Notes under the pieces: model-generated
What the model saw: the letters and a program-made list of their open reading frames with translations, nothing else
Told to the model about the DNA's origin: nothing
Databases searched by the model: none
Part shown: positions 46,601 to 58,700 of the stretch, piece by piece
Numbering within the stretch: the first letter of the stretch is position 1
Layout of the letters: each line of letters opens with the position of its first letter
NCBI GenBank assembly: GCA_002269645.1
Contig: NIVC01001408.1
Location: forward strand, 1-64,000
Direction of reading: 5' to 3'
DNA: 64,000 bases
Source of the DNA: Macrostomum lignano
Lineage: Eukaryota
Program-made: the position numbers and the translations under genes

Positions 46601-49600
46601 GAAGCGGAAGGACAGCGTTAGTCATTCACGTTTCGTTTTGGTTTTTCGAAAATTGAATGTAAAAATAAAAATCGCGTCGACCGAAGAAAAGTTGGAAGTG
46701 CCGACAGGTTTCCAATGAAAAAAAATGTCTGATCAAATAAACAAAGGAGACGCGTTGGTTGTTTGTTCGGCATTGATCAAATTCTGCCAGTTTGCTGTTG
46801 TCGGCAGAGTCGGTCTACAACGCCTCGAATCGTGTGGATAATAATATCTCGTTGGTATCTTTTGCAAAGCAGATTTGCTAGCGAGTTGCCAGTTATGCCT
46901 GCCGCTTCAGTAGTTGCGGATCCGGGCCTGTTAGCTGCTGTTGGCACGTTGAAATTGTTGCTATCGCCGAAACCGCCTCGGAAAGTGATGGTAGCTTGAG
47001 TTGCTGGACGAGATTCTGCCGATTGGCGAGTGTCTTTGCTTAGAAGTTCGTCCTCATCGTCAACTGTGTCGGATTCGATTGCGTAATGCAGCTCCTCAGC
47101 GTTCCAGGCGGTTTTCTTGACGCAGATAGGAACAGCCGGGGCGCTGAGGTTGCTGTCTTTGGCGCTGCAGCAGCTTAGCGATGTAAACTGATCGCTGCTA
47201 GTTGCTTGCTGTTGTGTGCTCACGTACTGCGGCCGTTTTGGCTGTTGTTTCTGTTGCTGTTGCTGTTGCTTCGAGTTCTGTTGCTGCTGTCGCGTTTCCC
47301 GAGCAAATGAAGCGATGCGACCCAGGCTGCCATTGATTCTGTCAATTAAATCGATTGAAGTCTCCGATGAACTGAACGATGCTGCATTATCCTTCATCGT
47401 TTTGAGCTCTCTAGATGGTGGAGTAGCTATATACATTGTTGACGCCGAAGATACCGTTGCTATGGGAGCAGCCAAACTGTCGGAATCGTCAAATCTGACT
47501 CGATATTGGCTTCGCTGGCTGTTTGATCGTCGACAACTTTTGAACTTGTCCGTCTCGTATGCTGTTGTCGCGATTTGGTTGTTACTGCCAGTTTCTCCGC
47601 AATCCACGTCTAATTGCACTGTTTCAGTTGATGATCTTTGATTCAAACTGAGATGTTGATTTAAGTCCACTAATAATCTACCGTTGCTGTCCATGATTCT
47701 AAGGCTGATTCCAATTGAGCCAACATCTGCTGGCAGCATGGCCACGTGCTGACTGAGGTCATTCGACATCCTTGCTCTTGTTGGTCTTTTGATTGACAGC
47801 ACCTGATTGCAATGATGATGATAGTAGTGATCTGACTTGATATAGTAAGTTATTTAGCCTTCGGCTTCAATTCCATTCCAATTAAGAAACAGCTTTCAAT
47901 CGTATTTGCTTCATCTTGGTAATAAAAAGATTTTCTTTTAGCTTTCTGTCAATTGTCTATGACCAAAAGTGGTTCGCATATCTAGCTTTTACTGAGATAT
48001 GAGCTGAAGTAACTACTGCGTTCTCAGTAGGTTTATAGCTGCTCACCTTGTCAAGTGGGTCTATAGCTACTCACCTTTGTGTCCATCAGTGGGTCCACAG
48101 CTACTCAGCTTTGTGTCCTACAGTGGGTCCACAGCTACTCACCTTTGTGTCCTTCAGTGGGTCCACAACTACTCACCTTTGTATCCTTCAGTGGGTCCAC
48201 AGCTACTCACCTTTGTATCCTTCAGTGGGTCCACAGCTACTCACCTTTGTGTCCTTCAGTGGGTCCACAGCTACTCACCTTTGTGTCCTACAGTAGGTCC
48301 ACAGCTACTCACCTTTGTGTACTTCAGTGGGTCCACAGCTACTCACCTTTGTGTCCATCAGTGAGTCCAAAACTACTCACCTTTGTGTCCTACAGTAGGT
48401 CCACAGCTACTCACCTTTGTGTCCTTCAGTGGGTCCACAGCTACTCACCTTTGTGTCCTACAGTGGGTCCACAGCTACTCACCTTTGTGTCCTACAGTGG
48501 GTCCATAGCTACTCACCTTTGTGTCCTACAGTGGGTCCACAGCTACTCACCTTTGTGTCCTTCAGTGGGTCCACGGCTACTCACCTTTGTGTCCTTCAGT
48601 GGGTCCACAGCTACTCACCTTTGTGTCCATCAGTGGGTCCACAGTTTCTCACCTTTGTGTCCTTCAGTGGGTCCGCAGCTACTCACCTTTGTATCCTTCA
48701 GTGGGTCCACAGCTACTTCACCTTTGTGTCTTTGCGGTCCTTTAGTTACTTTTCAGTTTGTGGTACTTTTAGCGTATGGATAGTGGAATGTCAAATCTGT
48801 CAATAACCAACTTAACATTCCAGATGGCAACTCAAGTGATCTTCACCGGCACAGACGATGAAGTGGCCCTACTACCAGAGGACGCACTGTTCACATGTCG
48901 TCAGATTGTGAAGCTAGTTACTGGCGCTTTGAGGCGCTACTTTGAGCTGCACCTGCTGTACAAATCCGAATCTCTTAGCCAAGAGCAGCAGCAGTCGCAT
49001 CAGGCACTGATGCTGCAGCATCCGCTTTCGCTAAGTCTGATGGAGCACGGACCGCAGCGTACGCTCAAATATACGGCTGAGCAGGTTTGTAAAGCCTTCT
49101 ACTTTTCTGAGACAGCTGTGTTTGAAAGTCGATTCTTAGAAAAATTACCCTGCAATTCCCTTTGCAGTGAATGTATCCTCATTAGAGTTCCGCATAATTT
49201 CCTCATCAAGCAATGATTAACCCTAAGAAATACGTTGTAGTTAATTCTTCGAGAAAAATTCTCCACCCTGGCAGTACCGTAGTGACTTTTAATTCCTCTA
49301 GAAAAATACCCCACCACGCTGTAGTGACTGCTAATTCCCCTAAAAAATTCTGCTACCTCGCTGTAGTGACTGTTACTCCTCTAGAAAAATACCCCACCCG
49401 GTATATTGACAGGTAATTCCTCTAAAAAATACCCTACCCCACTAGTAACTGTAAATTCCTATAGAAAAATACTCCTAATACCCCTAGTGAATGTTAATTC
49501 CCATAGAAAAATACCCCTAGTGACAGGTAAATCATATAGAAATATACCCCTAGTGGCGGTAAATTCCTATAGAAAAATACCCCTAATACCCCTAGTGACT

Positions 49601-52600
49601 TAATTCCTATAGAAAAATACCCCCTAATACCCCTAGTGACTGTTAATTCCTATAGAAAAATACCCCCCTAATACGCCTAGTGACAGTTAATTCCTATAGA
49701 AAAATACCCCCTAATACCCCTAGTGACTGTTGATTCCCCTAGAAAGTTTTTCCTTAATTACCCTTATTCCCCAACAGGTATCGGAAGCGTGCACAGTGCT
49801 GCTACACCTGGCCCAGCCCGACCTGACCTGGCTACCAGTTGACTCTCTGGACCGTCTGAACGGCTTGAACTTCCTACTACGCTTAGTAGCCTTGTCGGCA
49901 TTCGAATGGGGCCCACACAGTGGCCGGCCGGAGACCATACAGCACTCCCTAGCAGTGGTGCTTGTGTGCTGCTGCGTTGCCAAGCAGATGCGCCAGATGC
50001 TGGTGAAATTCAGCATCACGGCCGATTACAAAGCCGACGGTATTCAACTGCTTCTCACCCTGGCCGACAATGAGGAGTTTCTCGATCCTGAAGTGCAGAA
50101 ACTGTCATTGGCTATATTGAATCTGTGCGTTAGTAGGCCTCTAGATAGCGAACTAATGCAACAGCAGCATCAGCCGTTGCAGCATCATCGCGATGAAGCA
50201 TCGGATTTTGTTGCCGCTAACATTTTGGAGACACCTAGTAGCAATCAGCAGCAGCCATCTGTTACTAAACTGACTGGCTCGGCTGTGAAAAGGCGGGCTG
50301 TGAGTTTCCTGTTGACTTCGTATTTAAACAAAAAGCTAGCGCATTTAAGAATATCGTCACTGATGTCAACAATAAAGTCTATAGAAATGTCTATGAGTCA
50401 GAAATAATGTCTGAGTTGGGGTCAATAATGACGCCTATAAGCAGATTAGGAGTAAGGTCTGAGAATCCAGGGATGGTGTCAGAATGAGGTCAGGAATGAG
50501 ATTAGAAATGAATGAGGTCAGGAATGAGATTAGAAATGAATGAGGTCAGGAATGAGATTAGAAATGAATGAGGTCAGGAATGAGATTAGAAATGAATGAG
50601 GTCAGGAATGAGATTAGAAATGAATGAGGTCAGGAATGAGATTAGAAATGAATGAGGTCAGGAATGAGATTAGAAATGAATGAGGTCAGGAATGAGATTA
50701 GAAATGAATGAGGTCAGGAATGAGATCAGAAATGAATGAGGTCAGGAATGAGATCAGAAATGAAATCAGGAATGAGATTAGAAATGAAATCAGGAATGAG
50801 ATCAGCAGTAATGTCAGCAATAAGGTTAGGAAATTGGTCAGAAATGAGTTCAGGAATGTCCGAATGAGGTCAGAAATGAGGTCAGAAATGAGGTCGGAAA
50901 TGAGTTCAGAAATGAGGTCAAGAATGAGGTCAGAAATCAGTTCAGGAATGAGGCCAGTAATGATGTCAGGGATGAGGTCAGAAATAGGGTCAGGAATTAA
51001 GTCAGAAATAAAGACAAGCTATTAGGTCATTGAAAGGGTAAATTACAGAAGTGATTGCGTGAGCACTGCAATAAGGTCAGGAATATTGCTTGAAGCGTTT
51101 CCAAGAAAAGTTCTGCATGTATATTTATTAAATTGCATTTAGGATCGCCAGCCAATCACTGCGGTGGTGTGTACACCCCAGCAACAGCAGCAGCAGCAGC
51201 AGTGCACCAAAGAGCAATACGTCCAGCAGGTGTGGCGCGCAGTGCGCTCTTGCAACGGTATAATGAGCCTGCTCAGATTATTAGAAACTCGAACTCCATT
51301 AACGGATGCAGATTGTATCCGAGCGCTAGCCTGCCGATGCTTATTAGGCTTATCTCGCGACGATAAGATTAGCCAAATGCTGGCTAAACTGCAACTATTT
51401 AGCAAAGGTCACCTGCAGTTGCTGATGAAGGAACCTGTGCTGCCAGACAAGCTCCGCGATCACGCTAAATTTGTTCGGTCGGCTAGTAAATTAATTGAAC
51501 GCGTGTCTGGCGGTCAGGCTCACAAGCAGATCAATGGCATTGGGGTTAACAGTAGCGACACTGGAGCCGGATCCGTGAACCACGGTGCCAATGGTAGTGC
51601 TGGATTATCTGGTCCAACCGCCAATCACTCGGTGCTGGGCTCGGGCGGATTAGCCAACGTCGGCATCGGTGGCGGCGTTGTTTCCGGCGTGGTCGAAGGC
51701 GTTGGTAGCGGCGCCACAAACGGCGTCGTGTCTGGCGGCTCCGGCGTGTCGATGGAGTGGCTGCGTCGGGCGGAGATTGTCGCTAACACCCGGATCACGT
51801 GGGACGGCAAGGAGCTGCTGCACCTCATGTACAATCACCTGCTGAGCAAAGGACTCTCCGAGTCTGCCGCTGTGCTGCAACGCGAAGCCGGCCTTCGTGT
51901 GGCCGGTGACAAGCCGGCTGCCATAGCAACTAATATCTACCACTCGGCTGGCATGGTTCCACCGACGCCGTCAACGCCAGCTAGTTCCGCAGCGGTTGCT
52001 AAGCAACAACAACAGCAGAAGCAGCAACTATTGGCCTCGTCTGCTGCTTCCACTCTGACTAATAATGAGAAATCGGATTTGTCTTCTTCAATGTCAACTT
52101 TAGGTGGTCAGACTCTGCTGATGTCGCCAAATAATAATTTTAATAGTATCGATTCAGCCAGTCCTAGCCTACCGTTGAAGGTTAATATTGTTCGTAATAG
52201 TTGTGTACGAACTGGTGTGCAGGCTGTTTGCTCAATGCCCCAGCAGCAACCGGCTCAGCAACCGCAGCAACCACAGCCATTGTCTCTGCAACAGACTACA
52301 AGTTTAGGTCGCGATCGACCGTCGCAGTACAATCTCTATTTGCAGGTAAGTTTTTGCTTAAAATATACAATCTTACTTAAGCATACAAGCTAACTTGAAC
52401 TAATGATGTACATAGCTGTGACTGTGGTGAATCAAAAAGGATCACTAAGTGACTGAAATGATAGAAAAGTGACTGATGATACTAGAGTGAGTGGACTGGT
52501 TGAAAAGCGACTAAGATTATCAGAGTGATAAGATGATCCAGAAGTGACTGAGATGATCCAAGAGTGACTGAGATGATCCAAGAGTGACTGAGATGATCCA

Positions 52601-55600
52601 AGAGTGACTAAGATGATCCAAGAGTGACTGAGATGATCCAGAAGTGACTGAGATGATCCAGAAGTGACTGAGATGATCCAAGAGTGACTGAGATGATCCA
52701 AGAGTGACTGAGATGATCCAAGAGTGACTAAGATGATCCAAGAGTGACTGAGATGATCCAGAAGTGACTGAGATGATCCAGAAGTGACTGAGATGATCCA
52801 AGAGTGAGTGAGATGACCCAAGAGTGACTGAGATGATCCAAGAGTGACTGAGATGATCCAAGAGTGACTGAGATGATCCAAGAGTTACTGAGATGATCCA
52901 GAAGTGACTGAGATGATCCAAGAGTGACTGAGATGATCCAAGAGTGACTGAGATGATCCAAGAGTGAGTGAGATGATCCAAGAGTGACTGAGATGATCCA
53001 GAAGTGACTGAGATGACCCAAGAGTGACTGAGATGATCCAAGAGTGACTGAGATGATCCAAGAGTGACTGAGATGATCCAGAAGTGACTGAGATGACCCA
53101 AGAGTGACTGAGATGATCCAAGAGTGACTGAGATGATCCAGAAGTGACTGAGATGATCCAAGAGTGACTGAGATGATCCAAGAGTGACTGAGATGATCCA
53201 AGAGTGACTGAGATGATCCAAGAGTGACTGAGATGATCCAAGAGTGACTGAGATGATCCAAGAGTGACTAAGATGATCCAAGAGTGACTGAGATGACCCA
53301 AGAGTGACTGAGATGATCCAAGAGTGACTGAGATGATCCAAGAGTGACTGAGATGATCCAAGAGTGACTGAGAATGAATCAATTTAAAAGTGACCAGTTA
53401 TACTGTCTGTTGTTTTTGTCTCCAACTAAACCCGCGCATCAACTTGACCTCAATTGACCCAGCCTTCGAAGCCCAGCCAGCCAGTCGGTGAGCAGCAGTC
53501 TCTGGAGCGCATCATCTCCGAGTACTTGTTGCAGCAGCACGCTCAGTGCCCCAATCCTGTAAGCACTTGTCCGGCATTCTCCCTGCTGGAGCCGCATCGC
53601 TGCTCAGCCCCAGGACTCGTTCGCACGCGATGCGACCAGCCAATGCGGCGCAGCGAATGCGCACGAAGTCCTACGGCCAGTGGCGCGCTAATCCGAGAGA
53701 CATTGGGCGCGAAAATCGGCGCTATCTTTATAGTCGGTTAGTAGATTCATTTATGTACTTGCCGCGAAAAACTTTATAACTGGGCCAGATAAAAGATTGT
53801 CTGATATGTATCGAAAAATCAATAATTAGCAGTCAATGACGATCCGATATGTATCGAAAAATCATTAGGCAGAAGTTAATGACGATCCGATATGTATCGA
53901 AATAATAAATGACCTGAAGTCAGTTACCATCCGACATGTATCGAAATAATCAATAATTAGAAGTTAATGACAATCCGATATGTATCGAAATAATCAATAA
54001 CTAGAAGTTGACAACAATCCGATATGTATCGAAAATAAAGATTTAATACTACGCTCATATTGGCAGTTTTAAACCGGTGCGAACATTCCGCGATCCGGAA
54101 GAGGACTCGCCCTACAGCTGCTGCCGTTTGCTTACTAAGCGCGGCCGTCTTCTGATTGGCTCGGCTGGCGGTCGAGTAAAATGCGTCGATCACATCAACG
54201 GCCAAGAGCTGTGCTGCTGGACAACTAATAACAATGCCACACCGCCCAGCTGCATCAATGTGAACCAATCCGAGACTCTCATGGCCGTGTGCGCTACCTG
54301 GGGCAATCCGGCCTCCCGTCTATTCGCCTATCCAAACGAATCTGTCTCAGTTGAAGAATACGATATCGAACGATTCCACGTCATGGACTTCGAAGACGAA
54401 GCTTTCGTTGAATTCGATCCGTGCAGCTTGTCGCGCGTTTTAACTACTAAAAATAACGCCGCCTGCATCTACGATGTGGAATCGAAGACTAGGATCGCTG
54501 CACTTTATGATCAGGTTTGGGTCTTCTAATTGGATTTTGTTTTTCGCGTCACATATCGGTAGTTTTATCAATTCATACCCGTATGATCGGTTGGACAGTG
54601 GCATCTCCCTGATTTTTTCTTCTTCCTTTTATTTTTCTCTTCTCTGTCCCGGGAGAGGTGCTCTCTTCTTTCCCTCTCGCCTTTGCACTCCTCGCCCTGA
54701 TTCCTCTCCCCCCGTCTCTTCTTCCCTCTCACCTTTGCACTCCTCGCCCTGATTCCTCTCCCACCGTCTCTTCTTCCCTCTCACACTCCTATTGTTTCCC
54801 TATCCCTGTTCCCTCTCCCACTCTGTCTAACATCTTTCTGCCTCTTCCTGCCTCCCTCTCCCTGTCTGTCTCTCTCTGCCTCCCTCTCCCTGTCTGTCTC
54901 TCCCTGTCTCCATCTTCCTGTATGTCTCCCTGTCTGCCTCTCCCTGCCTCCCTCTCCTTGTCTGCCTCTCCCTGCCTCCCTCGCCCTGCCTCCCTCTCCC
55001 TGTCTGCCTCTCCCTGCCTCCCTCTCCCTGTCTGCCTCTCCCTGCCTCCCTCTCTCTCTCTGTCTGCCTCTCCCTGCTTCCCTCTCCCTGCCTCTTCCTG
55101 CCTCCCTCTCCCTGCCTCCCTCTCCCTGCCTCTTCCTGCCTCCCTCTCCCTGCCTCTTCCTGCCTCCCTCTCCCTGCCTCCCTCTCCCTGCCTCCCTCTC
55201 CCTGCCTCCCTCTCCCTGCCTCCCTCTCCCTGCCTCCCTCTCCCTGCCTCCCTCTCCCTGTCTGCCTCTTCCTGCCTCCCTCTCCCTGCCTCCCTCTTCT
55301 TGCCTCCCTCTCCCTGCCTCCCTCTCCTGTCTGCCTTTTCCTGTCTGCTTCTCCCCGTCTGCCTCTCCCTGCCTTCTCCCTGTCTCCGTCTCCCTCTCTG
55401 TCTCTCTCTGTCTCCCTCTCCCCTGTCAATCTCTCCTCGCTGTCTCCTTCTCCGTCTCCGTCTTCCTCTCCCCCCCCTCGGATCTCCATGCCTTCCTTTC
55501 TATCTTTCCATCTCCCTCTCTCCTTTCTCCTTTCCTCCCCTCCGCCTTCTCTCTTCCCCCCTTCTCATCTCTATGAAGCAAACATTGAACGGAATAAATC

Positions 55601-57790
55601 AATCATTGTGTTGTTATATATCCCTAACACCTGTTCTCTTCTCAAATTTCCAGGAATCTTCTAACGATTACCTTCGCAACCGAGCCGTGTTTAATGCCGA
55701 CGGCAATCTCGTCCTTAACGACGGTGTATTGTGGGACGTGCGCGATTCCACACGTTCCGTGCACAAGTTCGACAAGTTTCAAAACCTCATCTCGGGCGTG
55801 TTTCATCCGAATTGTTTAGAAATTATCATCAGCAGCGAAGTGTGGGATTTGAGATCGTTTAGACTGCTCAATACCGTGCCGTCTCTGGAACAGATGGAGA
55901 TTCAATTCACCGCTTGCGGGGACGCCATATTCGGGGCCAGCTTCCTTTGGGATGATGATGAGGTTTGTTTATTTTTAAGCGCTTTCTTTGTTTTTTGAAT
56001 GTTTTCGGTTGCGATTTTCTATCATGCTACTTTACTCACGTCATCTATAAGTAGTAGGATAACATAACTTTTTTCATATGTACTCGTATTTTTGCGCTTA
56101 ATTTATATTTTTCAATTTTTGCTAACCTGTATCGCGCTTTTTAGTTATTCCAATTACTTATATATTAAATTAAGTAGTTAGAATTAAGTTTTACAGTTAA
56201 TACCATATAATTTTATTTTTCAGCAACAAATTTTTATTTATTAACGTATTGTTAGTTTTATTGTAAATTTTGATAGCAATTAGCAATTGGACTACTTATA
56301 TGCTGCTTTGACAATTATTATTGTTTTATTTTGCCCTCAGTTGCGCATGCCCGACCAGCTCAATTCGTCGCTATGGACCATATTTCGCACGTTGGACGCT
56401 CGAGACTACAGTTTAATCGCGTCTGTAGATTTGAAGCGTCGGATTCGTTCGATATCGATCGATGCTAACACCGACTATATGGCCGTTTGCGAATGCACCG
56501 CCACTGATGACGTGTTGAACGAGGAGCAGTCTCTTGTGCGCCTGTACCAGATCGGCAAGCGCAAGGAGGACGAGGAGGAGCGCGGAGTCGACGAGGACAC
56601 CGAGGACGAGAACGACCAGGCTATGCCCAACGATGAGACCATGGACGATGACGATGATGACGATGAAGATGACGACAATGACGATGACGACGATGGCGAA
56701 GTGAGATTATGATTATGATGATGTTGTTGATGGTGATGATGGTGATGATCATAATAATGATAATGATGATGATAGTGATGACAATAATAATAATGATGGT
56801 GATGATGATGATAGTGATGGTGATGATGATGATAGTGATGGTGATGATGATGATAGTGATGGTGATGATGACGATAGTGATGGTGATAATGATGATAGTG
56901 ATGGTGATGATGATGATAGTGATGGTGATGATGATGATAGTGATGGTGATGATGACGATAGTGATGGTGATGATGATGATAGTGATGGTGATGATGATGA
57001 TAGTGATGGTGATGATGATGATAGTGATGGTGATGATGATGATGATAGTGATGGTGATGATGATGATAGTGATGATGATGATGATGATAGTGATGATGTG
57101 GATGATGATAATAATGATGGTGATGATGATAATGATGATGATAATGGTGTTGATGATGATAGTGATGATGTGGATGATGATAATAATGATGGTGATGATG
57201 ATAATGATGATGATAATGGTGATGATGATGATAGTGATGGTGATGATGATGATAGTGATGGTGATGATGATGATAGTGATGATGATGATGATGATAGTGA
57301 TGATGTGGATGATGATAATAATGATGGTGATGATGATAATGATGATGATAATGGTGTTGATGATGATAGTGATGGTGATGATGATGATAATTGTGTTGAT
57401 AACGATAAAGTGAACAACCGGCCATCCAATCGAAACAAACCCAAGGTAAACGCCCGCGACCTGGCCCACATGCTGGAGCTGGCCGGCGAAATTGCCGACC
57501 TCGAGGAGGAAGCCGGCGACACTTCAGACGCCTCAGAGGCCTCCGACGACGACAACGAGGACGATGAAGAAGAAGACGATGACGATTTCGAAATAGAAGA
57601 CGATGATGGAGACGATGCTGACGATGACGATGATGACGAAGATGATGACGCTCCCGATGGTGAAGCACCGGCTGCTGAAGGCGGAGGTGCCGCTGGTCGC
57701 CGGCGAGCACCATCGGGTTCGTCGTCGTCGTCGTCTGGCTCTTCATCTGCTGCTCCGCCGCCGGCCCGACGGCCCAGGAGGACACTTTGA
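43653..57790 (+). CDS. DCAF1: DCAF1/VprBP (DDB1- and CUL4-associated factor 1), 11 exons
   Basis: Exons 43653-44277, 44700-45127, 45460-45639, 48824-49084, 49778-50299, 51143-52345, 53463-53736 (1-nt shift at 53608-53611), 54067-54514, 55654-55962, 56341-56700, and a final exon ending 57790 (start uncertain). Motifs: DPDPFDERSP, EYQEVL...LCHKKF, LECSH..GRCYATMFF, LisH KELLHLMYNHLLSKGLSESAAVLQREA, EYLLQQHAQCPNPVSTCPAFSL, WD40 with HKFDKF..SEVWDLRSF, acidic tail. Confidence 0.95.
45686..46165. repeat. 21-bp minisatellite GGAATTGGGATCTGGATTGTA
   Basis: About 22 copies in DCAF1 intron 3. Confidence 0.95.
46777..47802 (-). CDS. Nested antisense ORF/exon (341 codons, unknown function) inside DCAF1 intron 3
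   Basis: Non-repetitive 1-kb open frame with protein-like composition (polyQ, Ser-rich). Begins right after a CAG acceptor (47805-47803); first ATG at codon 11. Confidence 0.6.
   Translation of the reverse strand: MLSIKRPTRARMSNDLSQHVAMLPADVGSIGISLRIMDSNGRLLVDLNQHLSLNQRSSTETVQLDVDCGETGSNNQIATTAYETDKFKSCRRSNSQRSQYRVRFDDSDSLAAPIATVSSASTMYIATPPSRELKTMKDNAASFSSSETSIDLIDRINGSLGRIASFARETRQQQQNSKQQQQQQKQQPKRPQYVSTQQQATSSDQFTSLSCCSAKDSNLSAPAVPICVKKTAWNAEELHYAIESDTVDDEDELLSKDTRQSAESRPATQATITFRGGFGDSNNFNVPTAANRPGSATTEAAGITGNSLANLLCKRYQRDIIIHTIRGVVDRLCRQQQTGRI
48044..48730. repeat. 34-bp minisatellite CAGTGGGTCCACAGCTACTCACCTTTGTGTCCTT
   Basis: About 20 copies. Confidence 0.95.
49200..49745. repeat. 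Degenerate ~43-bp minisatellite (TAGAAAAATACCCCTAATACCCCTAGTGACTGTTAATTCCTA)
   Basis: DCAF1 intron 4. Confidence 0.85.
50483..51020. repeat. 28-bp minisatellite AATGAGGTCAGGAATGAGATTAGAAATG, decaying into 12-bp units
   Basis: DCAF1 intron 5. Confidence 0.9.
52533..53372. repeat. 20/21-bp minisatellite AGTGACTGAGATGATCCAAG
   Basis: DCAF1 intron 6, about 41 copies. Confidence 0.97.
53800..54036. repeat. Degenerate ~44-bp repeat with core ATCCGATATGTATCGAAA
   Basis: DCAF1 intron 7, 5-6 copies. Confidence 0.85.
54650..55570. repeat. Polypyrimidine repeat (CTCCCTCTCCCTGC-like)
   Basis: DCAF1 intron 8. Confidence 0.9.
56705..57390. repeat. (GAT/GGT/AAT/AGT)n trinucleotide tract, either intronic or coding poly-Asp
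   Basis: The GAT frame is open from 56705 to the DCAF1 stop at 57790. Confidence 0.9.
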
Positions 57791-58089
57791 AAAACTAATT
57801 GCGTCTATTATAGCTCTTGTGGTAATTGCTTTAGTAGTTTCTTCTCCTGGTGCGTGCGGTTTGAGCTACAGATTTATTCTTATATCTACGTGTATTTTAG
57901 CGGATTAACCAGTATGATAAGGAAACACTTTGCCGCCAGGTTTCTTGTTATTTAAGAAAGCTGAGAGAAGAATCCAGAAAAACTTGAAGGTAGGCGACCT
58001 AAAAACCTCTTATAGGGCACCAAGGATTCCCCGATTATCCTCAGCCGGTATTGCCCGATTCGGTACGAACTCTTCCCCAGGACAACAGG

Positions 58090-58700
58090 TGTGAGGTTTG
58101 GTGGTTATCGGGTGTGTGATTTGATGCTTATCAGGTGTGTGATTTGATGCTTATCAGGTGTGTGATTTGATGCTTATCAGGTGTGTGATTTGATGCTTAT
58201 CAGGTGTGTGATTTGATGCTTATCAGGTGTGTGATTTGATGCTTATCAGGTGTGTGATTTGATGCTTATCAGGTGTGTGATTTGATGCTTATCAGGTGTG
58301 TGATTTGATGCTTATCAGGTGTGTGATTTGATGCTTATCAGGTGTGTGATTTGATGCTTATCAGGTGTGTGATTTGATGCTTATCAGGTGTGTGATTTGA
58401 TGCTTATCAGGTGTGTGATTTGATGCTTATCAGGTGTGTGATTTGATGCTTATCAGGTGTGTGATTTGATGCTTATCAGGTGTGTGATTTGATGCTTATC
58501 AGGTGTGTGATTTGATGCTTATCAGGTGTGTGATTTGATGCTTATCAGGTGTGTGATTTGATGCTTATCAGGTGTGTGATTTGATGCTTATCAGGTGTGT
58601 GATGATGCTTATCAAGTGTGAGGTTTGGTGATTATCAGGTGTGAGGTTTGGTGACTATCAGGTGTGAGGTTTGGCGATTATCAGGTGTGAAGTTTGGTGA
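58090..58700. repeat. 23-bp minisatellite GATTTGATGCTTATCAGGTGTGT
   Basis: About 21 perfect copies, grading into the GAGGTTTGGTGATT variant at both ends. Confidence 0.97.

Noticed and set aside
48048-53382. Repetitive ORFs in DCAF1 introns (VGPQLL.., DHLSHSWII.., WDLDCRN..)
   Set aside because: Minisatellite translations lying between phase-compatible DCAF1 splice sites.
56475-57785. Poly-His, poly-Ile, poly-Ser and poly-Met ORFs
   Set aside because: Alternative frames of the GAT tract; only the Asp frame is contiguous with DCAF1.
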